A stretch of 64,000 nucleotides of DNA from NCBI GenBank assembly GCA_964016885.1, contig OZ024740.1:110980001-111044000 (forward strand). The letters are read 5' to 3'. Below the pieces are notes generated by a model that was not told the origin of the DNA, did no database searches, and saw nothing but the letters and a program-made list of their open reading frames with translations. Below, piece after piece: positions 15,001-30,000 of the stretch (its first letter is position 1; every line of letters starts with the position of its first letter). A program made the translations under genes and the position numbers. Source of the DNA: Eledone cirrhosa (lineage: Eukaryota).

Positions 15001-18000
15001 TGTGTGTTGGTATATGTTATTGTGTATGTATGTGTGTTAATATGTGTGTTGGTATGTGTTACTGTGTATGTCTGTGTGTTAATATGTGTGTTGGTATGTG
15101 TTACCGTTTATGTCTGTGTGTTAATATATGTGTTGGTATGTGTTACTGTGTATGTCTGTGTGTTAATATGTGTGTTGGTATGTGTTACTGTGTATGTCCG
15201 TGCGTTAATATGTGTGTTGTTATGTGTTAGTGTGTATGTCTGTGTGTTAATATATGTGTTGGTATGTGTTACTGTGTATGTCTGTGTGTTAATGTGTGTG
15301 TTGGTATGTGTTACTGTGTATGTCTGTGTGTTAATATGTGTGTTGTTATGTGTTACTGTGTATGTCTGTGTGTTAATGTGTGTTGGTATGTGTTACTGTG
15401 TATGTCTGTGTGTTAATGTGTGTGTTGGTATGTGTTACTGTGTATGTCTGTGTGTTAATGTGTGTTGGTATGTGTTACTGTGTATGTCTGTGTGTTAATA
15501 TGTGTTAGTATGTGTTACTGTGTATGTCTGTGTGTTAATGTGTGTGTTGGTATGTGTTACTGTGTATGTCTGTGTGTTAATATGTGTGTTGGTATGTGTT
15601 ACTGTGTATGTCTGTGTGTTAATATGTGTGTTGGTATGTGTTACTGTGTATGTCTGTGTGTTAATATGTGTGTTGGTATGTGTTACTGTGTATGTCTTTG
15701 TGTTAATACGTGTGTTGGTATGTGTTACTTTGTATGACTGTGTGTTAATGTGTGTGTTGGTATGTGTTACTGTGTATGTCTGTGTGTTAATATGTGTGTT
15801 GGTATGTGTTACTGTGTATGTCTGTGTGTTAATATGTGTGTTGGTATGTGTTACTGTGTATGTCTGTGTGTTAATATGTGTGTTGGTATGTGTTACTGTG
15901 TATGTCTGTGTGTTAATGTGTGTTGGTATTTGTTACTGTGTCTGTCTGTGTGTTAATATGTATGTTGGTATGTGTTACTGTGTATGTCTGTGTGTTAATA
16001 TGGGTGTTGGTATGTGTTACTGTGTGTGTCTGTGTGTTAATATGTGTGTTGGTATGTGTTACTGTGTATGTCTGTGTGTTAATATGTGTGTTGGTATGTG
16101 TTACTCTGTATGTCTGTGTGTTAATGTGTGTTGGTATGTGTTACTGTGTATGTCTGTGTGTTAATATGTGTGTTGGTATGTGTTACTGTGTATGTCTGTG
16201 TGTTAATATGTGTTGGTATGTGTTACTGTGTATGTCTGTGTGTTAATATGTGTGTTGGTATGTGTTACTGTGTATGTCTGTGTGTTAATATGTGTTGGTA
16301 TGTGTTACTGTGTATGTCTGTGTGTTAATAAGTGTGTTGGTATGTGTTACTGTGTATGTCTGAGTGTTAATGTGTGTTGGTATGTGTTACTGTGTATGTA
16401 TGTGTGTTAATATGTGTGTTGGTATGTGTTACTGTGTATGTCTGTGTGTTAATATGTGTGTTGGTATGTGTTACTGTGTATGTCTGTGTGTTAATGTGTG
16501 TGTTGGTATGTGTTACTGTGTATGTCTGTGTGTTAATATGTGTGTTGGTATGTGTTACTGTGTATGTCTGTGTGTTAATATGTCTGTTGGTATGTGTTAC
16601 TGTGTATGTCTGTGTGTTAATATGTCTGTTGTTATGTGTTACTGTGTATGTCTGTGTGTTAATGTGTGTTGGTATGTGTTACTGTGTATGTCTGTGTGTT
16701 AATGTGTGTGTTGGTATGTGTTACTGTGTATGTCTGTGTGTTAATGTGTGTTGGTATGTGTTACTGTGTATGTCTGTGTGTTAATATGTGTTAGTATGTG
16801 TTACTGTGTATGTCTGTGTGTTAATGTGTGTGTTGGTATGTGTTACTGTGTATGTATGTGTGTTAATATGTGTGTTGGTATGTGTTACTGTGTATGTCTG
16901 TGTGTTAATATGTGTGTTGGTATGTGTTACTGTGTATGTCTGTGTGTTAATATGTGTGTTGGTATGTGTTACTGTGTATGTCTGTGTGTTAATACGTGTG
17001 TTGGTATGTGTTACTTTGTATGACTGTGTGTTAATGTGTGTGTTGGTATGTGTTACTGTGTATGTCTGTGTGTTAATATGTGTGTTGGTATGTGTTACTG
17101 TGTATGTCTGTGTGTTAATATGTGTGTTGATATGTGTTACTGTGTATGTCTGTGTGTTAATATGTGTGTTGGTATGTGTTAATGTGTATGTCTGTGTGTT
17201 AATGTGTGTTGGTATTTGTTACTGTGTCTGTCTGTGTGTTAATATGTATGTTGGTATGTGTTACTGTGTATGTCTGTGTGTTAATATGGGTGTTGGTATG
17301 TGTTACTGTGTGTGTCTGTGTGTTAATATGTGTGTTGGTATGTGTTACTGTGTATGTCTGTGTGTTAATATGTGTGTTGGTATGTGTTACTCTGTATGTC
17401 TGTGTGTTAATGTGTGTTGGTATGTGTTACTGTGTATGTCTGTGTGTTAATATGTGTGTTGGTATGTGTTACTGTGTATGTCTGTGTGTTAATATGTGTT
17501 GGTATGTGTTACTGTGTATGTCTGTGTGTTAATATGTGTGTTGGTATGTGTTACTGTGTATGTCTGTGTGTTAATATGTGTTGGTATGTGTTACTGTGTA
17601 TGTCTGTGTGTTAATAAGTGTGTTGGTATGTGTTACTGTGTATGTCTGAGTGTTAATGTGTGTTGGTATGTGTTACTGTGTATGTATGTGTGTTAATATG
17701 TGTGTTGGTATGTGTTACTGTGTATGTCTGTGTGTTAATATGTGTGTTGGTATGTGTTACTGTGTATGTCTGTGTGTTAATGTGTGTGTTGGTATGTGTT
17801 ACTGTGTATGTCTGTGTGTTAATATGTGTGTTGGTATGTGTTACTGTGTATGTCTGTGTGTTAATATGTCTGTTGGTATGTGTTACTGTGTATGTCTGTG
17901 TGTTAATATGTCTGTTGGTATGTGTTACTGTGTATGTCTGTGTGTTAATGTGTGTTGGTATGTGTTACTGTGTATGTCTGTGTGTTAATACGTATGTTGG

Positions 18001-21000
18001 TATGTGTTACTGTGTATGTCTGTGTGTTAATATGTGTTGGTATGTGTTACTGTGTATGTCTGTGTGTTAATAAGTGTGTTGGTATGTGTTACTGTGTATG
18101 TCTGTGTGTTAATGTGTGTTGGTATGTGTTACTGTGTATGTCTGTGTGTTAATGTGTGTTGGTATGTGTTACTGTGTATGTCTGTGTGTTAATATGTGTT
18201 GGTATGTGTTACTGTGTATGTCTGTGTGTTAATGTGTGTTGGTATGTGTTACTGTGTATGTCTGTGTGTTAATATGTATGTTGGTATGTGTTACTGTGTA
18301 TGTCTGTGTGTTAAAGTGTGTTGGTATGTGTTACTGTGTATGTCTGTGTGTTAATATATGTTTTGGTATGTGTTACTGTGTATGTCTGTGTGTTAATATG
18401 TGTGTTGCTATGTGTTACTGTGTATGTCTGTGTGTTAATATGTGTGTTGGTATGTGTTACTGTGTATGTCTGTGTGTTAATATGTGTGTTGGTATGTGTT
18501 ACTGTGTATGTCTGTGTGTTATGTGTTACTGTGTATGTCTGTGTTAATATGTGTGTTGGTATGTGTTACTGTGTATGTCTGTGTGTTAATATGTGTGTTG
18601 GTATGTGTTACTGTGTATGTCTGTGTGTTAATATGTGTGTTGGTATGTGTTACTGTGCATGTCTGTGTGTTAATATGTGTGTTGGTATGTGTTACTGTGT
18701 ATGTCTGTGTGTTAATATGTGTGTTGGTATGTGTTACTCTGTATGTCTGTGTGTTAATGTGTGTTGGTATGTGTTACTGTGTATGTCTGTGTGTTAATAT
18801 GTGTGTTGGTATGTGTTACTGTGTATGTCTGTGTGTTAATATGTGTTGGTATGTGTTACTGTGTATGTCTGTGTGTTAATATGTGTGTTGGTATGTGTTA
18901 CTGTGTATGTCTGTGTGTTAATATGTGTTGGTATGTGTTACTGTGTATGTCTGTGTGTTAATAAGTGTATTGGTATGTGTTACTGTGTATGTCTGAGTGT
19001 TAATGTGTGTTGGTATGTGTTACTGTGTATGTATGTGTGTTAATATGTGTGTTGGTATGTGTTACTGTGTATGTCTGTGTGTTAATATGTGTGTTGGTAT
19101 GTGTTACTGTGTATGTCTGTGTGTTAATGTGTGTGTTGGTATGTGTTACTGTGTATGTCTGTGTGTTAATATGTGTGTTGGTATGTGTTACTGTGTATGT
19201 CTGTGTGTTAATATGTCTGTTGGTATGTGTTACTGTGTATGTCTGTGTGTTAATATGTCTGTTGTTATGTGTTACTGTGTATGTCTGTGTGTTAATGTGT
19301 GTTGGTATGTGTTACTGTGTATGTCTGTGTGTTAATGTGTGTGTTGGTATGTGTTACTGTGTATGTCTGTGTGTTAATGTGTGTTGGTATGTGTTACTGT
19401 GTATGTCTGTGTGTTAATATGTGTTAGTATGTGTTACTGTGTATGTCTGTGTGTTAATGTGTGTGTTGGTATGTGTTACTGTGTATGTCTGTGTGTTAAT
19501 ATGTGTGTTGGTATGTGTTACTGTGTATGTCTGTGTGTTAATATGTGTGTTGGTATGTGTTACTGTGTATGTCTGTGTGTTAATATGTGTGTTGGTATGT
19601 GTTACTGTGTATGTCTGTGTGTTAATACGTGTGTTGGTATGTGTTACTTTGTATGACTGTGTGTTAATGTGTGTGTTGGTATGTGTTACTGTGTATGTCT
19701 GTGTGTTAATATGTGTGTTGGTATGTGTTACTGTGTATGTCTGTGTGTTAATATGTGTGTTGGTATGTGTTACTGTGTATGTCTGTGTGTTAATATGTGT
19801 GTTGGTATGTGTTACTGTGTATGTCTGTGTGTTAATGTGTGTTGGTATTTGTTACTGTGTCTGTCTGTGTGTTAATATGTATGTTGGTATGTGTTACTGT
19901 GTATGTCTGTGTGTTAATATGGGTGTTGGTATGTGTTACTGTGTGTGTCTGTGTGTTAATATGTGTGTTGGTATGTGTTACTGTGTATGTCTGTGTGTTA
20001 ATATGTGTGTTGGTATGTGTTACTCTGTATGTCTGTGTGTTAATGTGTGTTGGTATGTGTTACTGTGTATGTCTGTGTGTTAATATGTGTGTTGGTATGT
20101 GTTACTGTGTATGTCTGTGTGTTAATATGTGTTGGTATGTGTTACTGTGTATGTCTGTGTGTTAATATGTGTGTTGGTATGTGTTACTGTGTATGTCTGT
20201 GTGTTAATATGTGTTGGTATGTGTTACTGTGTATGTCTGTGTGTTAATAAGTGTGTTGGTATGTGTTACTGTGTATGTCTGAGTGTTAATGTGTGTTGGT
20301 ATGTGTTACTGTGTATGTATGTGTGTTAATATGTGTGTTGGTATGTGTTACTGTGTATGTCTGTGTGTTAATATGTGTGTTGGTATGTGTTACTGTGTAT
20401 GTCTGTGTGTTAATGTGTGTGTTGGTATGTGTTACTGTGTATGTCTGTGTGTTAATATGTGTGTTGGTATGTGTTACTGTGTATGTCTGTGTGTTAATAT
20501 GCCTGTTGGTATGTGTTACTGTGTATGTCTGTGTGTTAATATGTCTGTTGGTATATGTTACTGTGTATGTCTGTGTGTTAATGTGTGTTGGTATGTGTTA
20601 CTGTGTATGTCTCTGTGTTAATATGTATGTTGGTATGTGTTACTGTGTATGTCTGTGTGTTAATATGTGTTGGTATGTGTTACTGTGTATGTCTGTGTGT
20701 TAATAAGTGTGTTGGTATGTGTTACTGTGTATGTCTGTGTGTTAATGTGTGTTGGTATGTGTTACTGTGTATGTCTGTGTGTTAATGTGTGTTGGTATGT
20801 GTTACTGTGTATGTCTGTGTGTTAATATGTGTTGGTATGTGTTACTGTGTATGTCTGTGTGTTAATGTGTGTTGGTATGTGTTACTGTGTATGTCTGTGT
20901 GTTAATATGTATGTTGGTATGTGTTACTGTGTATGTCTGTGTGTTAAAGTGTGTTGGTATGTGTTACTGTGTATGTCTGTGTGTTAATATATGTGTTGGT

Positions 21001-24000
21001 ATGTGTTACTGTGTATGTCTGTGTGTTAATATGTGTGTTGGTATGTGTTACTGTGTATGTCTGTGTGTTAATATGTGTGTTGGTATGTGTTACTGTGTAT
21101 GTCTGTGTGTTAATATATGTTTTGGTATGTGTTACTGTGTATGTCTGTGTGTTAATATGTGTGTTGCTATGTGTTACTGTGTATGTCTGTGTGTTAATAT
21201 GTGTGTTGGTATGTGTTACTGTGTATGTCTGTGTGTTAATATGTGTGTTGGTATGTGTTACTGTGTATGTCTGTGTGTTATGTGTTACTGTGTATGTCTG
21301 TGTTAATATGTGTGTTGGTATGTGTTACTGTGTATGTCTGTGTGTTAATATGTGTGTTGGTATGTGTTACTGTGTATGTCTGTGTGTTAATATGTGTGTT
21401 GGTATGTGTTAATGTGCATGTCTGTGTGTTAATATATGTGTTGGTATGCGTTACTGTGTATGTCTGTGTGCTAATATGTGTGTTGGTATGTGTTACTGTG
21501 TATGTATGTGTGTTAATATGTGTGTTGGTATGTGTTACTGTGTATGTCTGTGTGTTAATACATGTGTTGGTATGTGTTACTGTGTATGTCTGTGTGTTAA
21601 TATGTGTGTTGGTATGTGTTACTGTGTATGTCTGTGTGTTAATATGTGTGTTGGTATGTGTTACTGTGTATGTCTGTGTGTTAATATGTGTGTTGGTATG
21701 TGTTACTGTGTATGTCTGTGTGTTAATATGTGTGTTGGTATGTGTTATTGTGTATGTCTGTGTGTTAATATGTGTGTTGGTATGTGTTACTGTGTATGTC
21801 TGTGTGTTAATATGTGTGTTGGTATGTGTTACCGTTTATGTCTGTGTGTTAATATATGTGTTGGTATGTGTTACTGTGTATGTCTGTGTGTTAATATGTG
21901 TGTTGGTATGTGTTACTGTGTATGTCCGTGCGTTAATATGTGTGTTGTTATGTGTTAGTGTGTATGTCTGTGTGTTAATATATGTGTTGGTATGTGTTAC
22001 TGTGTATGTCTGTGTGTTAATGTGTGTGTTGGTATGTGTTACTGTGTATGTCTGTGTGTTAATATGTGTGTTGTTATGTGTTACTGTGTATGTCTGTGTG
22101 TTAATGTGTGTTGGTATGTGTTACTGTGTATGTCTGTGTGTTAATGTGTGTGTTGGTATGTGTTACTGTGTATGTCTGTGTGTTAATGTGTGTTGGTATG
22201 TGTTACTGTGTATGTCTGTGTGTTAATATGTGTTGGTATGTGTTACTGTGTATGTCTGTGTGTTAATGTGTGTATTGGTATGTGTTACTGTGTATGTCTG
22301 TGTGTTAATATGTGTGTTGGTATGTGTTACTGTGTATGTCTGTGTGTTAATATGTGTGTTGGTATGTGTTACTGTGTATGTCTGTGTGTTAATATGTGTG
22401 TTGGTATGTGTTACTGTGTATGTCTGTGTGTTAATACGTGTGTTGGTATGTGTTACTTTGTATGACTGTGTGTTAATGTGTGTGTTGGTATGTGTTACTG
22501 TGTATGTCTGTGTGTTAATATGTGTGTTGGTATGTGTTACTGTGTATGTCTGTGTGTTAATATGTGTGTTGGTATGTGTTACTGTGTATGTCTGTGTGTT
22601 AATATGTGTGTTGGTATGTGTTACTGTGTATGTCTGTGTGTTAATGTGTGTGTTGGTATGTGTTACTGTGTATGTCTGTGTGTTAATATGTGTGTTGGTA
22701 TGTGTTACTGTGTATGTCTGTGTGTTAATATGTGTGTTGGTATGTGTTACTGTGTATGTCTGTCTGTTAATATGTGTGTTGGTATGTGTTACTGTGTATG
22801 TCTGTGTGTTAATGTGTGTTGGTATGTGTTACTGTGTATGTCTGTGTGTTAATATGTATGTTGGTATGTGTTACTGTGTATGTCTGTGTGTTAATATGTG
22901 TTGGTATGTGTTACTGTGTATGTCTGTGTGTTAATATGTGTGTTGGTATGTGTTACTGTGTATGTCTGTGTGTTAATGTGTGTTGGTATGTGTTACTGTG
23001 TATGTCTGTGTGTTAATGTGTGTTGGCATGTGTTACTGTGTATGTCTGTGTGTTAATATGTATGTTGGTATGTGTTACTGTGTATGTCTGTGTGTTAATG
23101 TGTGTTGGTATGTGTTACTGTGTATGTCTGTGTGTTAATGTGTGTTGGTATGTGTTACTGTGTATGTCTTTGTTTTAATATATGTTGGTATGTGTTACTG
23201 TGTATGTCTGTGTATTAATGTGTGTTGGTATGTGTTACTGTGTATGTCTGTGTGTTAATATGTATGTTGGTATGTGTTACTGTGTATGTTTGTGTGTTAA
23301 TGTGTGTTGGTATGTGTTACTGTGTATGTCTGTGTGTTAATATATGTGTTGGTATGTGTTACTGTGTATGTCTGTGTGTTAATATGTGTGTTGGTATGTG
23401 TTACTGTGTATGTCTGTGTGTTAATATGTGTGTTGGTATGTGTTACTGTGTATGTCTGTGTGTTAATATGTGTGTTGGTATGTGTTACTGTGTATGTCTG
23501 TGTGTTAATATGTGTGTTGGTATGTGTTACTGTGTATGTCTGTGTGTTAATATATGTGTTGGTATGTGTTACTCTGTATGTCTGTGTGTTAATGTGTGTT
23601 GGTATATGTTACTGTGTATGTCTGTGTGTTAATATGTGTGTTGGTATGTGTTACTGTGTATGTCTGTGTGTTAATATGTGTGTTGGTATGTGTTACTGTG
23701 TATGTATGTGTGTTAATATGTGTGTTGGTATGTGTTACTGTGTATGTCTGTGTGTTAATATGTGTGTTGGTATGTGTTACTGTGTATGTCTGTGTGTTAA
23801 TATGTGTGTTGGTATGTGTTACTGTTTATGTCTGTGTGTTAATATATGTGTTGGTATGTGTTACTGTGTATGTCTGTGTGTTAATATGTGTGTTGGTATG
23901 TGTTACTGTGTATGTCTGTGCGTTAATATGTATTTTGGTATGTGTTACTGTGTATGTCTGTGTGTTAATATGTGTGTTGGTATGTGTTATTGTGTATGTA

Positions 24001-27000
24001 TGTCTGTTAATATGTGTTGGTATGTGTTACTGTGTATGTCTGTGTGTTAATATGTGTGTTGGTATGTGTTACTGTGTATGTCTGTGTGTTAATATGTGTG
24101 TTGGTATGTGTTACTGTGTATGTCTGTGTGTTAATATGTGTGTTGGTATGTGTTAATGTGTATGTATGTGCGTTAATATGTATGTTGGTATGTGTTACTG
24201 TGTATGTCTGTGTGTTAATGTGTGTTGGTATGTGTTACTGTGTATGTCTGTGTGTTTATGTGTGTTGGTATGTGTTACTGTGTATGTCTGTGTGTTAATG
24301 TGTGTTGGTATGTGTTACTGTGTATGTCTGTGTGTTAATATGTATGTTGGTATGTGTTACAGTGTATGTCTGTGTGTTAATATGTGTTGGTATGTGTTAC
24401 TATGTATGTCTGTGTGTTAATATGTATGTTGGTATGTGTTACTCTGTATGTCTGTGAGTTAATGTGTGTTGGTATATGTTACTGTGTATGTCTGTGTGTT
24501 AATGTGTGTTGGTATGTGTTACTGTGTATGTCTGTGTGTTAATATGTGTTGGTATGTGTTACTGTGTATGTCTGTGTGTTAATGTGTGTTGGTATGTGTT
24601 ACTGTGTATGTCTGTGTGTTAATATGTATGTTGGTATGTGTTACTGTGTGTGTCTGTGTGTTAATGTGTGTTGGTATGTGTTACTGTGTATGTCTGTGTG
24701 TTAATATATGTGTTGGTATGTGTTACTGTGTATGTCTGTGTGTTAATATGTGTGTTGGTATGTGTTACTGTGTATGTCTGTGTGTTGGTATGTGTTACTG
24801 TGTATGTCTGTGTGTTAATGTGTGTTGGTATGTGTTACTGTGTATGTCTGTGTGTTAATATATGTTGGTATGTGTTACTGTGTATGTCTGTGTGTTAATA
24901 TGTATGTTGGTATGTGTTACTGTGTATGTCTGTGTGTTAATGTGTGTTGGTATGTGTTACTGTGTATGTCTGTGTGTTAATGTGTGTTGGTATGTGTTAC
25001 TGTGTATGTCTGTGTGTTAATGTGTATGTTGGTATGTGTTACTGTGTATGTCTGTGTGTTAATGTGTGTTGGTATGTGTTACTGTGTATGTCTGTGTGTT
25101 AATGTGTGTTGGTATGTGTTACTGTGTATGTCTGTGTGTTAATATGTATGTTGGTATGTGTTACTGTGTATGTCTGTGTGTTAATATGTGTTGGTATGTG
25201 TTACTGTGTATGTCTGTGTGTTAATATGTGTGTTGGTATGTGTTACTGTGTATGTCTGTGTGTTAATGTGTGTTGGTATGTGTTACTGTGTATGTATGTG
25301 TGTTAATATGTATGTTGGTATGTGTTACTGTGTATGTCTGTGTGTTAATGTGTGTTGGTATGTGTTACTGTGTATGTCTGTGTGTTAATGTGTGTTGGCA
25401 TGTGTTACTGTGTATGTCTGTGTGTTAATATGTATGTTGGTATGTGTTACTGTGTATGTCTGTGTGTTAATGTGTGTTGGTATGTGTTACTGTGTATGTC
25501 TGTGTGTTAATGTGTGTTGGTATGTGTTACTGTGTATGTCTGTGTGTTAATATATGTTGGTATGTGTTACTGTGTATGTCTGTGTATTAATGTGTGTTGG
25601 TATGTGTTACTGTGTATGTCTGTGTGTTAATATGTATGTTGGTATGTGTTACTGTGTATGTTTGTGTGTTAATGTGTGTTGGTATGTGTTACTGTGTATG
25701 TCTGTGTGTTAATATATGTGTTGGTATGTGTTACTGTGTATGTCTGTGTGTTAATATGTGTGTTGGTATGTGTTACTGTGTATGTCTGTGTGTTAATATG
25801 TGTGTTGGTATGTGTTACTGTGTATGTCTGTGTGTTAATATGTGTGTTGGTATGTGTTACTGTGTATGTCTGTGTGTTAATATGTGTGTTGGTATGTGTT
25901 ACTGTGTATGTCTGTGTGTTAATATATGTGTTGGTATGTGTTACTGTGTATATCTGTGTGTTAATGTGTGTTGGTATGTGTTACTGTGTATGTCTGTGTG
26001 TTAATATGTGTGTTGGTATGTGTTACTGTGTATGTCTGTGTGTTAATATGTGTGTTGGTATGTGTTACTGTGTATGTATGTGTGTTAATATGTGTGTTGG
26101 TATGTGTTACTGTGTATGTCTGTGTGTTAATATGTGTGTTGGTATGTGTTACTGTGTATGTCTGTGTGTTAATATGTGTGTTGGTATGTGTTACTGTTTA
26201 TGTCTGTGTGTTAATATATGTGTTGGTATGTGTTACTGTGTATGTCTGTGTGTTAATATGTGTGTTGGTATGTGTTACTGTGTATGTCTGTGCGTTAATA
26301 TGTATTTTGGTATGTGTTACTGTGTATGTCTGTGTGTTAATATGTGTGTTGGTATGTGTTATTGTGTATGTATGTCTGTTAATATGTGTTGGTATGTGTT
26401 ACTGTGTATGTCTGTGTGTTAATATGTGTGTTGGTATGTGTTACTGTGTATGTCTGTGTGTTAATATGTGTGTTGGTATGTGTTACTGTGTATGTCTGTG
26501 TGTTAATATGTGTGTTGGTATGTGTTACTGTGTATGTATGTGCGTTAATATGTATGTTGGTATGTGTTACTCTGTATGTCTGTGTGTTAATGTGTGTTGG
26601 TATGTGTTACTGTGTATGTCTGTGTGTTTATGTGTGTTGGTATGTGTTACTGTGTATGTCTGTGTGTTAATGTGTGTTGGTATGTGTTACTGTGTATGTC
26701 TGTGTGTTAATATGTATGTTGGTATGTGTTACAGTGTATGTCTGTGTGTTAATATGTGTTGGTATGTGTTACTATGTATGTCTGTGTGTTAATATGTATG
26801 TTGGTATGTGTTACTCTGTATGTCTGTGTGTTAATGTGTGTTGGTATATGTTACTGTGTATGTCTGTGTGTTAATGTGTGTTGGTATGTGTTACTGTGTA
26901 TGTCTGTGTGTTAATATGTGTGTTGGTATGTGTTACTGTGTATGTCTGTGTGTTAATATGTGTGTTGGTATGTGTTACTGTGTATGTCTGTGTGTTAATA

Positions 27001-30000
27001 TGTGTGTTGGTATGTGTTATTGTGTATGTCTGTGTGTTAATATGTGTGTTGGTATGTGTTACTGTGTATGTCTGTGTGTTAATATGTGTGTTGGTATGTG
27101 TTACCGTTTATGTCTGTGTGTTAATATATGTGTTGGTATGTGTTACTGTGTATGTCTGTGTGTTAATATGTGTGTTGGTATGTGTTACTGTGTATGTCCG
27201 TGCGTTAATATGTGTGTTGTTATGTGTTAGTGTGTATGTCTGTGTGTTAATATATGTGTTGGTATGTGTTACTGTGTATGTCTGTGTGTTAATGTGTGTG
27301 TTGGTATGTGTTACTGTGTATGTCTGTGTGTTAATATGTGTGTTGTTATGTGTTACTGTGTATGTCTGTGTGTTAATGTGTGTTGGTATGTGTTACTGTG
27401 TATGTCTGTGTGTTAATGTGTGTGTTGGTATGTGTTACTGTGTATGTCTGTGTGTTAATGTGTGTTGGTATGTGTTACTGTGTATGTCTGTGTGTTAATA
27501 TGTGTTGGTATGTGTTACTGTGTATGTCTGTGTGTTAATGTGTGTGTTGGTATGTGTTACTGTGTATGTCTGTGTGTTAATATGTGTGTTGGTATGTGTT
27601 ACTGTGTATGTCTGTGTGTTAATATGTGTGTTGGTATGTGTTACTGTGTATGTCTGTGTGTTAATATGTGTGTTGGTATGTGTTACTGTGTATGTCTGTG
27701 TGTTAATACGTGTGTTGGTATGTGTTACTTTGTATGACTGTGTGTTAATGTGTGTGTTGGTATGTGTTACTGTGTATGTCTGTGTGTTAATATGTGTGTT
27801 GGTATGTGTTACTGTGTATGTCTGTGTGTTAATATGTGTGTTGGTATGTGTTACTGTGTATGTCTGTGTGTTAATATGTGTGTTGGTATGTGTTACTGTG
27901 TATGTCTGTGTGTTAATGTGTGTGTTGGTATGTGTTACTGTGTATGTCTGTGTGTTAATATGTGTGTTGGTATGTGTTACTGTGTATGTCTGTGTGTTAA
28001 TATGTGTGTTGGTATGTGTTACTGTGTATGTCTGTCTGTTAATATGTGTGTTGGTATGTGTTACTGTGTATGTCTGTGTGTTAATGTGTGTTGGTATGTG
28101 TTACTGTGTATGTCTGTGTGTTAATATGTATGTTGGTATGTGTTACTGTGTATGTCTGTGTGTTAATATGTGTTGGTATGTGTTACTGTGTATGTCTGTG
28201 TGTTAATATGTGTGTTGGTATGTGTTACTGTGTATGTCTGTGTGTTAATGTGTGTTGGTATGTGTTACTGTGTATGTATGTGTGTTAATATGTATGTTGG
28301 TATGTGTTACTGTGTATGTCTGTGTGTTAATGTGTGTTGGTATGTGTTACTGTGTATGTCTGTGTGTTAATGTGTGTTGGCATGTGTTACTGTGTATGTC
28401 TGTGTGTTAATATGTATGTTGGTATGTGTTACTGTGTATGTCTGTGTGTTAATGTGTGTTGGTATGTGTTACTGTGTATGTCTGTGTGTTAATGTGTGTT
28501 GGTATGTGTTACTGTGTATGTCTTTGTTTTAATATATGTTGGTATGTGTTACTGTGTATGTCTGTGTATTAATGTGTGTTGGTATGTGTTACTGTGTATG
28601 TCTGTGTGTTAATATGTATGTTGGTATGTGTTACTGTGTATGTTTGTGTGTTAATGTGTGTTGGTATGTGTTACTGTGTATGTCTGTGTGTTAATATATG
28701 TGTTGGTATGTGTTACTGTGTATGTCTGTGTGTTAATATGTGTGTTGGTATGTGTTACTGTGTATGTCTGTGTGTTAATATGTGTGTTGGTATGTGTTAC
28801 TGTGTATGTCTGTGTGTTAATATGTGTGTTGGTATGTGTTACTGTGTATGTCTGTGTGTTAATATGTGTGTTGGTATGTGTTACTGTGTATGTCTGTGTG
28901 TTAATATATGTGTTGGTATGTGTTACTCTGTATGTCTGTGTGTTAATGTGTGTTGGTATATGTTACTGTGTATGTCTGTGTGTTAATATGTGTGTTGGTA
29001 TGTGTTACTGTGTTCGGTTAATGTGTTGTATGTGTTACTGTGTATGTCTGTGTGTTGGTATGTGTTACTGTGTATGTCTGTGTGTTAATATGTGTTGGTA
29101 TGTGTTACTGTGTATGTCTGTGTGTTAATATGTGTGTTGGTATGTGTTATTGTGTATGTCTGTGTGTTATATGTGTGTTGGTATGTGTTACTGTGTATGT
29201 CTGTGTGTTAATATGTGTGTTGGTATGTGTTACCTGTGTATGTCTGTGTGTTAATATTGTGTTGGTATGTGTTACTGTTTATGTCTGTGTGTTAATATGT
29301 GTGTTGGTATGTGTTACTGTGTATGTCCGTGCGTTAATATGTGTGTTGGTATGTGTTAGTGTGTATGTCTGTGTGTTAATATGTGTGTTGGTATGTGTTA
29401 CTGTGTATGTCTGTGTGTTAATATAGTGTGTTGGTATGTGTTACTGTGTATGTCTGTGTGTTAATATGTGTGTTGGTATGTGTTACTGTGTATGTCTGTG
29501 TGTTAATGTGTGTTGGTATGTGTTACTGTGTATGTCTGTGTGTTAATATGTGTGTTGGTATGTGTTACTGTGTATGTCTGTGTGTTAATGTGTGTGTTGT
29601 ATGTGTTACTGTGTATGTCTGTGTGTTAATATGTGTTGTATGTGTTACTGTGTATGTCTGTGTGTTAATGTGTGTGTTGGTATGTGTTACTGTGTATGTC
29701 TGTGTGTTAATATGTGTGTTGGTATGTGTTACTGTGTATGTCTGTGTGTTAATATGTGTGTTGGTATGTGTTTACTGTGTATGTCTGTGTGTTAATATGT
29801 GTGTTGGTATGTGTTACTGTGTATGTCTGTGTGTTAAGTGTGTTGGTATGTGTTACTTTGTATGTCTGTGTGTTATATGTGTGTTTGTATGTGTTTACTG
29901 TGTATGTCTGTGTGTTAATGTGTGTGTTGGTATGTGTTACTGTGTATGTCTGTGTGTTGAATATGTGTGTTGGTATGTGTTACTGTGTATGTCTGTGTGT